A stretch of DNA of 64,000 nt from Candidatus Zixiibacteriota bacterium (GTDB taxonomy: Bacteria > Zixibacteria > MSB-5A5 > GN15 > JAAZOE01). Positions 10,192-19,148 of the stretch are shown piece after piece; the first letter of the stretch is position 1, and every line of letters starts with the position of its first letter. Both the position numbers and the translations under genes were made by a program. The stretch lies in assembly GCA_043819555.1 (NCBI GenBank), contig JBDREQ010000025.1, positions 64,001 to 128,000 on the forward strand, in the 5' to 3' direction. The notes under the pieces were generated by a model, which was not told the origin of the DNA, ran no database searches, and saw only the letters and a program-made list of their open reading frames with translations.

Positions 10192-12789
10192 TTACTTCAT
10201 TATCACCAGTTTACCCAGTTGCTCCCCGTTATCCGAGAGTACATGCCAAAAATATATGCCGGTTACCACCGCCTGCGTATTGCGACTGATTACATCCCAC
10301 GACTCGTATTGCGATTGCGGTCCACCCTCGGGATTATAATGCTCAATTTCTTTAATCAGATCACCATCGATTGAATAGATTCTGATCTTGCAAACTTTGG
10401 GTAGGTTCATGAAATTAATTTTCCGCGTGCGTTCTGCTGATTTGGTCCTTTGCCGGTTCTCATAACCTTGGCTGGCATAACCGCCGTCGATACGATAGGG
10501 ATTGGGAAAGACAATAACGTCGAGAGCATGTTCTTCAGCATAATCTCCCTGGGGCATGGCGAAATCATTGACCGCATTTGTCATGGGTGAGGATTCGAGG
10601 GCACCAACTTCAAGCTGCAACGAACCATAATCGAAGGTTGTCACCGAAAAGTAAAACGGTATCGACGGTTGAATATTATCAACTGTGTATTCGTATTCGT
10701 AATACCGAATGTGTCCTTCGTCAGTGGTATCGTTCGGATCGTCCTTTGAAGCCCATGGATATATTTTGTGAATGCGATTGGGATTGGATAGATCGGATGT
10801 ATTCCAATCCTGGGGCGTAAAATAGATAAATTCGCCGGTCGCATGATCGACTAAAAACTTTTCCGGATTATTATAATCGAGAGGATTAAAATTGGGGCCG
10901 TATAATTTCTTTAGCGAATCAAGAGTAAAAGGGATTTCGCTTCGTTTCCATTGGAGCGTAATCGAATCATAATAATATCGTTTGAAATCTAAAACATCAT
11001 AAGAATCCAGCAGGACAAAATCCTGAAATCGCTCGGTGGTGGACATATAAACCCGGTAACCCTCAAAGTCTTTTTTGCCCGAGAAAGGATCGGGTGTAGT
11101 TTCAGATATTTGTCCGTTCCATCGGATTGTTACTTTGCCCATTTCCGGAATTGTCCTGATAATTGGCGGCGGAGGCGGGCCAGCGGCTTTGAAATCAGGA
11201 ACTCCGTCCCCGGTATAGAAATATTTATCGCAAAGTTTAAGCATATCATCCGGAGGCGGATCAGTTTCTGTAAAATACAGGGTCGAATCGTCGCCCTGAC
11301 AACTCCAAATATAGCGCCCGGAATCGCCGTTATTATCGGTGTCTACGCCGGGATTATCATAGACCCAGTATGCCCAGCGTGAATTATCTGAAAAATCTTT
11401 GAAATTAAGGGTGTTGTAATACAGGTCAGGATAGTAAGCATCAAAATTCTCGTGAAAATCCCTGGGATTGACGTGGAAATTAACGCCTGCGACAAAGGCT
11501 ATGGTAATGGGAAGCGTATCACCGGGTTCAACATTAAAGGGACCAAAGGAAAGCAGATAGCGAGTGTCAAAACCATTGGCGATATCGGTCGCCATACTTG
11601 GTCGCGGTGGCGGTAAATATCCCCGGCCGGTATGAGAAATGGCTGTATAAAGCTGATCGTAGTCGAATTCTTCATGAGATAAAATATAGTATTTGAGAAT
11701 ATCGCCTATAGGTGTGCCCAAATGAGTTCCAAATGAACGAAACGGGTCTTCATCGGAACCTGCCTTCCGGGGTCCAAAATCCAGGGTTGGATCGCTATTG
11801 GATACCCACCAATTAAAGCTGTAATTTAAATCCGGATTGGGAGTGCGCAAAACTCTTGTCCCGGTAACGCCTCGGGCCGACTGAATATACCAGTACTGCG
11901 GCTGCATGTCGGGAGGACCGGGGTCGCCATCATTATCGGCAATCCAGGCAATATTGACGGTGTCTTTTCGGGGACCGAATCGAGGCGGCATGTCGGCTGT
12001 TCTGAGGAATCCGCATATATCATCATAAGGCCCGTTTTGTCGATTGCCCATGTGGAAAACATCGCCGTCAACATATAGCCCCATATATACTTCTCTAAGC
12101 GGAAAGACATTGATATTAGCAATTTGAAAATCAATTAAAATAAAATCATCGGCGTAACTGTAACTCCAGGCATAAGAACGTTGCACTACAGATATATTGA
12201 GCGGCATATGAGGCCTATTATCAATTTGATTCTCACCTCCCGGAGCGACCATGGTATCAGTATAGTAAGCGATTATGTCCTGCTCAGATTTTGCATCAGG
12301 ATGAAACCCCGGGCGTCCCTTGAGAACTGTTCTGAATTCAAAATTACCGGCCGGATAATAATCTGGATTAAATTCCCGTCCGGTCCAGTTTTCCCAGCCT
12401 GTGGTAGCGCAGGAAACCAGAGTATCGCGTCCTACAATCGCTCCAATCCAGAGAGCGCCTCCAAAAAGGTGATTGACATCCGAGGCTTTTGGGTATTCAC
12501 AGCTGGGAACGACTTCGCCATCATAAACCGTTGACTGATCTCCGGAAAATGCGCCCAGAATACCACTATTGAGCAAAGCCATCCTGATATAACCAATATT
12601 ATGCATGGCCAATTGATAATTGGGTTCAAAATTTGCTGCCGATTTTGTCGAGTTATTTTTATTTAAATCTGGTAATTCAAACGGCGCTCGTGCCAAAGAA
12701 TCTACTGAGAAACAGTAAGTGATAAAGAAGATGCTTATTGTGGTTCTAATTATGCTAAATAATGAATTCATTAAAACTATCCTTTTCAA
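10192..12789 (-). CDS. large secreted protein with FN3-like region and T9SS-like C-terminal domain
   Basis: N-terminal hydrophobic segment; DFEGYRVY, YFSVTTFD; C-term VFPNPY...IRIYSIDGDLIK...WD..SRN.Q.V.TGIY...GKLVIMK. Confidence 0.8.
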   Translation of the reverse strand: MKRIVLMNSLFSIIRTTISIFFITYCFSVDSLARAPFELPDLNKNNSTKSAANFEPNYQLAMHNIGYIRMALLNSGILGAFSGDQSTVYDGEVVPSCEYPKASDVNHLFGGALWIGAIVGRDTLVSCATTGWENWTGREFNPDYYPAGNFEFRTVLKGRPGFHPDAKSEQDIIAYYTDTMVAPGGENQIDNRPHMPLNISVVQRSYAWSYSYADDFILIDFQIANINVFPLREVYMGLYVDGDVFHMGNRQNGPYDDICGFLRTADMPPRFGPRKDTVNIAWIADNDGDPGPPDMQPQYWYIQSARGVTGTRVLRTPNPDLNYSFNWWVSNSDPTLDFGPRKAGSDEDPFRSFGTHLGTPIGDILKYYILSHEEFDYDQLYTAISHTGRGYLPPPRPSMATDIANGFDTRYLLSFGPFNVEPGDTLPITIAFVAGVNFHVNPRDFHENFDAYYPDLYYNTLNFKDFSDNSRWAYWVYDNPGVDTDNNGDSGRYIWSCQGDDSTLYFTETDPPPDDMLKLCDKYFYTGDGVPDFKAAGPPPPPIIRTIPEMGKVTIRWNGQISETTPDPFSGKKDFEGYRVYMSTTERFQDFVLLDSYDVLDFKRYYYDSITLQWKRSEIPFTLDSLKKLYGPNFNPLDYNNPEKFLVDHATGEFIYFTPQDWNTSDLSNPNRIHKIYPWASKDDPNDTTDEGHIRYYEYEYTVDNIQPSIPFYFSVTTFDYGSLQLEVGALESSPMTNAVNDFAMPQGDYAEEHALDVIVFPNPYRIDGGYASQGYENRQRTKSAERTRKINFMNLPKVCKIRIYSIDGDLIKEIEHYNPEGGPQSQYESWDVISRNTQAVVTGIYFWHVLSDNGEQLGKLVIMK

Positions 12790-13041
12790 ATGAAATAATA
12801 CCAGTCGATGCTACTGACGAATAATAACGCAATTTATCCATTTTTGCCAGTCGATTATGGCGGGAATTACAGTTAAAAAGTAATTGGCTGCAGGTTATGT
12901 CGGCTGACGACATAAATTTGAAATTGTCTGCATAACTTGTTAAAATCATAAAAAATGGTTCGCCGCAAGCCATTGATTTCCAAGGGGTATTTCATCTTAA
13001 CGATCCTATGAGTCGGGCATGATGTTTGCTGATTGCTTCCT

Positions 13042-13539
13042 ATGAAAGATTTTATCAAATGCTATATTTCCGGTAGGCATCAGATTAAGAATGAAAAGGA
13101 AGGGATTGTCTCATTTGCGGTACCCGATTATGGGATATTATTTCGATGCATGGCCTGCGGATCCAGAGCGGAATTGGAGATCATTGCTTTCTTAAGTTTT
13201 TTGAAATTTGCAGAACATAACCTTGATATTTTTAAGACAAGGCAATTGCTGATTTTTACCGATTTCCCGTTACTTGTATATTTAATGAATAATGGCGCCG
13301 TGGGGATGCCGGGAATGCAAGCGGTGGTTGCCGAAGCCAAAAAATATTCCAGAAAGATGGAATTTACAGTCAAATGGATAAATGAAAAAGAGAATCGGTC
13401 CGCCGATTCGGTTGTCAATATTCCTTATATGCCGTTGAAGCATCGGGTGAAGATCAGAACTTTCGCCAATCTGAATATCACCAAACCGGAGAATAATTTA
13501 ACCGGGAATTCAGAAACTTCCGGCGGAATGAATTTATAA
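13042..13539 (+). CDS. ribonuclease HI-like fold protein, first catalytic Asp absent
   Basis: AELEIIAF, LLIFTDF, VKWINEKENRSAD resemble RNase HI motifs; first motif reads YISG. Confidence 0.55.
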   Translation: MKDFIKCYISGRHQIKNEKEGIVSFAVPDYGILFRCMACGSRAELEIIAFLSFLKFAEHNLDIFKTRQLLIFTDFPLLVYLMNNGAVGMPGMQAVVAEAKKYSRKMEFTVKWINEKENRSADSVVNIPYMPLKHRVKIRTFANLNITKPENNLTGNSETSGGMNL

Positions 13540-13585
13540 TCCAAATCTCAACTATTATTCTCTTCAGGTGTATAACATAAAGGTT

Positions 13586-13607
13586 GCGCCATGTGGCGTT
13601 TTTTTTT
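13586..13607 (+). terminator. intrinsic terminator
   Basis: GCGCCA-TG-TGGCGT followed by a T-run. Confidence 0.7.
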
Positions 13608-13657
13608 ATTGTTGAACCTAATGTAATTGGCATTTTGGCATTGAGTGAGTGAAGGAA

Positions 13658-14781
13658 ATGATTCAACAGATTAAAGCATCGCGAATAATTTTATGGGCAT
13701 TGGCGTTCATCTTTCTGGGCGCCTTACCGGTATCGGCTTTGAAATTGATAAACTATATTCAATACCTCTCGATAAAAGCGGCCGCGTTATAGGCTCTCTT
13801 CGAGGAAACTACCTTATTTATACGCGCCCTAATATAAAAATGTATAATAACAGCGGCCGCGAGATTTTTTCGCGCAGCCTGAAAAATAATGTTAAACCGA
13901 AGCTTTCCCCCAATGGTGAACAATTGGGATTGATTACTTACGCGGATAATTCCCCGACCAGTATTAAGACCATCAAATTTGAATTATTTGATCGTAATGG
14001 AAAGTATCAATGGGCCATGGATATGCCTGCTCCCAATGATTTTATTCTCACAAATTCGGGGAAGATATTTGGCATAGAGGGGGCTTTGGGCATCTCTCCG
14101 GTTCGAGTGCATTTATTCAGCGAATTTGGCGACCTGGTTAATATTTTGACATTTGAAGATGATTATAAGGCTATAGAAATTACTCCCAATGGCAAAAAAT
14201 TTGTTATAGATCGCTCGTACAACGGTTACTTTGTATATGATTCAACTGGTAACTTGCTAAAGAAAATTCCCGAATGCACCAAATTTGTTTTTGACCGGGA
14301 TGATCGTTATTTTGGAGTGTTTTTTCAAAAGTATTTTCACTTGTATCAGGATGAAAACGAAATCAAAGCCATAGAAACCGAGGAATTTGAAATTAAAGAA
14401 ATGGCGATGAATGTAGAGGCTAATGTTTTGGTATTGTTATCGAAAAGCCTGATTGAAGTTTATGAATTGACATCGGGAAAACAGCTTTGGAAATATCAAT
14501 TCGCGGACAAGGATAATCGATTTACAGTATTGGATTTGAGTGATGATGGAGAATTCCTCGTTTGCGGGCTGGATAAAAGCAAAGGAATCAAAGCGCCCAA
14601 GGAAGAAAGGCATGTTGAAGGAGAAATATACCTGATTCCAACTAATGGCAAAACAATGTTCAGACAACGGGCGAATTACAAGGAATGGAACCCTGATTTC
14701 CCAAAAGGATTTTTTGGCTCAGGAAATAGAAGCGTATTTATGCTGACAAAAGAGGAATTGATTAAATATAGAATCAACTAA
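13658..14781 (+). pseudogene. secreted beta-propeller-like protein split by a 1-nt frameshift (pseudogene or sequence error)
   Basis: GAAGGA + ATG 13658 encodes signal peptide MIQQIKASRIILWALAFIFLGALPVSA; the mature body (FEIDKLY...; LSPNG, ITPNG, LSDDG repeats) is in the frame of ORF 13693. Confidence 0.7.
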
Positions 14782-14813
14782 CCTTCTCGCGGCAAGTTTT
14801 TGCATAAATTTGA

Positions 14814-14845
14814 ATGGCCGATGCCAATTTCGGCCATTTTTTTTT
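14814..14845 (+). terminator. intrinsic terminator
   Basis: ATGGCCGA-N8-TCGGCCAT followed by a T-run. Confidence 0.75.
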
Positions 14846-14965
14846 GCTTCAGATTCAAAATAATCTTAACCCGTCGTCTTTTGTCTGTAAGTCATTGGTA
14901 GGCGGGGATAAAAATCTATTTAAGCTAATGACCTTTTCCGTTTTTTTGAGTTAATTTACGGCATT

Positions 14966-15814
14966 GTGTTTGCTCAAATGGATTCAAATAGAAGTTTAAA
15001 ACAGGATTCAGGCATGATTGACACTTTGAAAATTATTCCAATTGAGCAAATTGTACCGTTCGAAAATTATTCCGACGAACATGCTAACCGGCAAATAAAT
15101 GAGTTGAAATTACTGGGCACTCTCAGAAATCCACTTCTGGTGTATCCAATTAAGGATAGATTTCTCCTCCTTGATGATTCCTGTACAATAAAAGCACTAA
15201 ATACGTTGAACATCGATCATGTGCCGGTTCAAATCGCGAGTAAGGATAAAGTGTCGATTTACCCCTGGCAAAAAGTGGTCGAAGGATGGCATTATCCAGA
15301 TTTAGTTAAATTTTGTGAGAAATTTCCGCGACAGATTAAGATACTGATGGAGGCATCAGGTAAATTGCGTCGGGATGAGGCTGAGTTTCGATTTAGAGAC
15401 CGACAAGTCGTAAGATTGAGATTTGTTTCAGACTCATTCTGGGTTCGAGCCGATATTTATTGCAAACTTTATAAGGATATAGCCTGGAGCCGAAAAAGCT
15501 ATCGGGCAAGTCTGGAGTATAATCATCATTTGCAATTTACAGAACATCCCAAGGCGTCGGCGGTAATATTTCCTATTTGTTTTAACATGGATGAATTATC
15601 CGAATTCGCTCAAAAAGGAGCATTGCTTCCCAGAGGTATAGTTCGGGGCGATCTGCCGGGAAGAATCTTAGGCATTGATTATTCGCTGGCAATACTGAAA
15701 GAAAAGGTCGGAGTGGAAGATAAAGAGTTATTTTTGAGGGAATTGATAGAGATGAGGATGAAGGCCGATCGAACGACTTATTATTTTGGAAAGGTATTTG
15801 TCTTTAACAGCTAA
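14966..15814 (+). CDS. ParB/Srx-domain protein, SbnI/SerK-like, degenerate motifs
   Basis: IPIEQIVPFE...LRNPLLV...FLLLDD...VPVQ; C-term LLPRGIVR...PGRIL...R.TYY.GKVFVF; exact start uncertain. Confidence 0.55.
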   Translation: MFAQMDSNRSLKQDSGMIDTLKIIPIEQIVPFENYSDEHANRQINELKLLGTLRNPLLVYPIKDRFLLLDDSCTIKALNTLNIDHVPVQIASKDKVSIYPWQKVVEGWHYPDLVKFCEKFPRQIKILMEASGKLRRDEAEFRFRDRQVVRLRFVSDSFWVRADIYCKLYKDIAWSRKSYRASLEYNHHLQFTEHPKASAVIFPICFNMDELSEFAQKGALLPRGIVRGDLPGRILGIDYSLAILKEKVGVEDKELFLRELIEMRMKADRTTYYFGKVFVFNS

Positions 15815-15832
15815 TAATAAATCTTGTTTTAG

Positions 15833-15867
15833 AAACCCGGCTATGATAGTATTAGTCGGGTTTTTTT
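15833..15867 (+). terminator. terminator hairpin overlapping a sigma70-like promoter for the next genes
   Basis: AAACCCGGCTA/TAGTCGGGTTT plus T-run; TTGTTT(15824)-17-TAGTAT(15847) with TG extension. Confidence 0.55.
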
Positions 15868-16056
15868 ATGCTGACTATCGATTCAAGGACATGTCATGAA
15901 TGCGCCGGATGTATTTCGCTATGTCCGGATTTTGCCCTGTATTTAGATATTGATGGATTACAAGTCAGACAGGATGATTGTTCTTTATGCGAAATTTGCA
16001 TTGAGTTTTGTCCGGTCGGTTCATTAAAGGTTCAATCTCAAAATCTGCAAACCTGA
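15868..16056 (+). CDS. 2[4Fe-4S] ferredoxin
   Basis: CHECAGCISLCP and CSLCEICIEFCP. Confidence 0.9.
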   Translation: MLTIDSRTCHECAGCISLCPDFALYLDIDGLQVRQDDCSLCEICIEFCPVGSLKVQSQNLQT

Positions 16057-16066
16057 GGGGGCCGAT

Positions 16067-17242
16067 TTGAAAAAAAGGCATCAGCTTCTGATTGTCGGCG
16101 CCGGTCCCGCCGGAGCCTATGCCGCGTGCAAAGCCGCCGAAGCCGGTTTGGATGTACTGCTGGTTGACAGAAAAAAGGATATAGGTAAGCCTGTTTGCTG
16201 TGCCGAAGCGACTTCAATGGAAGGGTTGTCGTCTTTTGTTGAACCGCTTCCAGAATTCATATCAACAGAAATTAGTTCTCTGAAATTGACGGTTTCAACA
16301 GGAAAAAAACTACAGTGTGATTTCGGTAAAACTGTTGGATATGTATTGGATCGGCCCGCCTTTGAGAAATTCCTGATAAATCGAGCCATTGAACAAGGTG
16401 TGGAGTTTGTCGCAGGAGCCTATGTTTGGGATATTTCAATAAATGGAAGAGCGCTTGCGTCAATTCGAACTGAAACCGAAGGTTTTCAAACTGAGTCGTA
16501 TTATATAATCGGTGCCGACGGCGTCGAATCTCAAATCGGCAGAATGGCCGGATTGGAAACGGGTTTGGATCTGGAGCATTGTGAATCAGCATTGCAATAT
16601 TACGTTTCGAATATCGATATTGATCCTCATTGCCTGCTTTTTTTTGTAGGGGACAGTTATTCGCCGAACGGCTATTTATGGGTTTTCCCGAAATCTGAAA
16701 ACTCGGCTAATATTGGAGTCGGATTAAATCCATATGAATCTGACAGTAAATTTCTCAGAGAAAATTTGGATAGATTTATCAGAGAGAATTTTCCCCGAGG
16801 CAGGATAGAGTCTGAATCATGCGGGATGGTACCGAAATTTAAAAATTTCGATATACTGGGCCGGGAGAATATTCTCCTTGCCGGAGATGCCGCCCGAATT
16901 ATAGATTCGGTTACGGGAGCAGGTATTGCTCGGGCTTTGCATACCGGTCAGCTTGCTGCTCAAACCATTGCCGAGGCAGTCAATAATAATTTGACACTTG
17001 ACAATATGCAGGGGCGATATCGATCACAAGTTGAGACGGCTATGGGTCGAGATATGAATATCTTTTCCCGCGCCTATCCAGTATTTAGAAAATTTGATAA
17101 TCGTGACTGGGATGCATTGCTTGAATTTCTTGAGGAGTATTTAAAAAACAAGAAGGCCGAATCAATTGACCCGGCCGCGATGATTAAGAGCGTATTGACA
17201 ACCGCGCCACGGCTTTTGCGCCTGGCGCGCCATGTGTTTTAG
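16067..17242 (+). CDS. geranylgeranyl reductase, digeranylgeranylglycerophospholipid reductase-like
   Basis: GAGPAG, PVCCAE, LDRPAFE, GADG, PNGYLWVFPK (PxxYxWxFP), GDAA. Confidence 0.88.
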   Translation: MKKRHQLLIVGAGPAGAYAACKAAEAGLDVLLVDRKKDIGKPVCCAEATSMEGLSSFVEPLPEFISTEISSLKLTVSTGKKLQCDFGKTVGYVLDRPAFEKFLINRAIEQGVEFVAGAYVWDISINGRALASIRTETEGFQTESYYIIGADGVESQIGRMAGLETGLDLEHCESALQYYVSNIDIDPHCLLFFVGDSYSPNGYLWVFPKSENSANIGVGLNPYESDSKFLRENLDRFIRENFPRGRIESESCGMVPKFKNFDILGRENILLAGDAARIIDSVTGAGIARALHTGQLAAQTIAEAVNNNLTLDNMQGRYRSQVETAMGRDMNIFSRAYPVFRKFDNRDWDALLEFLEEYLKNKKAESIDPAAMIKSVLTTAPRLLRLARHVF

Positions 17243-17243
17243 A

Positions 17244-17501
17244 TTATTCTGATTTTAAGCGTGCCATGGCTTTTGTCATACGTGATTTTAAGCGGGCCGC
17301 TTTTCTTTTGTGAATGACCCCTTTACTCCAGACTTTATCAATACTGGCATATGCCTTTTTTAGATCGACCTCTTCGCCGGTCGCAAGACTGGCCCTGGTG
17401 TCCTTTATAGTCTTTTTCAGCAGCGTCCGGATAGCATTATTCCGAACCTTATCATTTGCCGATTGGCGCAGCCGCTTGACGCATGATTTGTGATGTGGCA
17501 A
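17244..17501 (-). CDS. rpsT: 30S ribosomal protein S20
   Basis: KS..KRLRQ...RN...RT..K, IDK...KGVIHKRKAARLKSR; SD AAGGAG, TTG start; minus-strand TTGACA at 17565-17560. Confidence 0.95.
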   Translation of the reverse strand: MPHHKSCVKRLRQSANDKVRNNAIRTLLKKTIKDTRASLATGEEVDLKKAYASIDKVWSKGVIHKRKAARLKSRMTKAMARLKSE

Positions 17502-17573
17502 AAAAATCTCCTTTCAATTTGCTCAATAAAGCCTCATAATATACATTGTATCGGAGTTCTGTCAAGAGACTAT

Positions 17574-19148
17574 ATGACAAAAAAAACGGGATTTACAATT
17601 TCATTTTCAAGGGTGGCTTCGGGGACTTTTTTATCCCGTTTGCTTGGTTTGGTCCGAGAACAGGTGTTTGCCCATCTTTTTGGCACCTCATTAGCGGCCG
17701 ACGCCTTCTTTGCGGCCTATCGAATCCCCAATCTGTTGCGTGATTTGTTTGCGGAAGGGGCTCTTTCTTCGGCCTTTGTTCCGGTATTTAAACAGGAATT
17801 TCAGGAAAAAGGAAAAGAACCGGCTTTTGAGCTGGCCCAAATCAGTTTTTCAGTATTAACGTTAGTGGTTTCGGTGGTATGTATTGTCGGGGCAATATTG
17901 TCGCCTTATCTGGTCAAAATAATTGCTCCTGGCTTTTCGGATATTCCCGGAAAAGCAGAATTAACGGGGCAGTTGACCGCTTATATGTTTCCCTTCCTAT
18001 TATTGGTAGCATTAGCGGCGTTGGCTATGTCAATTCTAAATTGCCTCGAAAAATTTGGAATACCTGCTCTGGCTCCGGCGATGTTTAATATCGGTGTTAT
18101 CACAGCCGCTTTAATAATCTGTCCATATCTTGAACGGCCGATTTTTGGTATGGCTGCCGGAGTCTTACTCGGTGGTTTGGGGCAATTTTTAATTCAGGTT
18201 CCGAGTTTGTATAAATCCGGTTTTCGATTTCGGTTTAATCCCCAATTCAATCATGACGGTTTAAAACGCATCGCCAGATTAATGGGTCCGATGATTGGGG
18301 GATTGGCCGCCGGGCGAATAAATATTTTCGTCAATACGCTTCTGGCTTCGCTATTAGCAGCTGGTTCGGTATCTTATTTGACGTATGCTTACCGGATAAT
18401 GCACTTGCCGCTTGGAATCATAGCGGTGGCGCTGGGTACCGTCGCCCTGCCCAAAGCGTCGGCATTAGCAGCGATGAATGATGAAGAGGGTTTGGTCAAA
18501 GTCTTCTATCGAGCAGTACATTTATGTTTTTTCCTGGTCTTTCCAGTCGCCGCTTTTTTCATAGTCGCCGGGGATGAAGTCATCGGTCTTTTATTTGAGC
18601 ATGGGCGATTCGTGCAAAATGATACCTATAATACTTATCGAGCCTTGATCTGGTTTAGCGTCGGGCTAATTGGTTTTGCCGGGGTCAGAGTTACCGCGCC
18701 AATATACTATGCCCTCAAAGACGCCGTTAATCCGATGAAATTTTCTATTTATGCCGTCCTTATAAATCTGGGTGCGAATTTTATTTTTGTCAGATTTTGG
18801 GATTTCGCGGGCCTGGCGGCGGCGACGGCTCTGGGGGGAATCGTTAATTTTGGATTACTTGTATTTTATCTTCCCAGTAAAATTAAGGGAGTAAGAATCG
18901 CCGCAGTTTCTGTTATGTTTATAAAATCAATTGTGGCGGCCGGTTTGACCGGATTTATTCTGTTATACATAAAAGGAATTAGTTGGTTTACCTCCCTTGA
19001 AAATACTTTTTTCGACCGCATTGAGAAAATTCTGATTTTAATTGCTGTCGCCGGACTTTGTTATTTGCTTTTTTCAGTTGTATTCAGGAATATTCCCCAA
19101 ATAAAAGAAAAACCAGCTTTCGATAAAAAAGAAAATGACAGCATTTAG
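17574..19148 (+). CDS. murJ: lipid II flippase MurJ
   Basis: SRLLGLVRE, ADAFFAAYRIPNLLRDLFAEGALSSAFVP, many TM segments; start moved to ATG 17574. Confidence 0.95.
   Translation: MTKKTGFTISFSRVASGTFLSRLLGLVREQVFAHLFGTSLAADAFFAAYRIPNLLRDLFAEGALSSAFVPVFKQEFQEKGKEPAFELAQISFSVLTLVVSVVCIVGAILSPYLVKIIAPGFSDIPGKAELTGQLTAYMFPFLLLVALAALAMSILNCLEKFGIPALAPAMFNIGVITAALIICPYLERPIFGMAAGVLLGGLGQFLIQVPSLYKSGFRFRFNPQFNHDGLKRIARLMGPMIGGLAAGRINIFVNTLLASLLAAGSVSYLTYAYRIMHLPLGIIAVALGTVALPKASALAAMNDEEGLVKVFYRAVHLCFFLVFPVAAFFIVAGDEVIGLLFEHGRFVQNDTYNTYRALIWFSVGLIGFAGVRVTAPIYYALKDAVNPMKFSIYAVLINLGANFIFVRFWDFAGLAAATALGGIVNFGLLVFYLPSKIKGVRIAAVSVMFIKSIVAAGLTGFILLYIKGISWFTSLENTFFDRIEKILILIAVAGLCYLLFSVVFRNIPQIKEKPAFDKKENDSI

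Noticed and set aside
14790..14805. sigma54-like GGCAAG...TTGCA
   Set aside because: GG-to-GC spacing is 9 nt, not the required 10
17490..17573. murJ extension overlapping rpsT
   Set aside because: Covers the rpsT promoter and start; ATG 17574 fits the family
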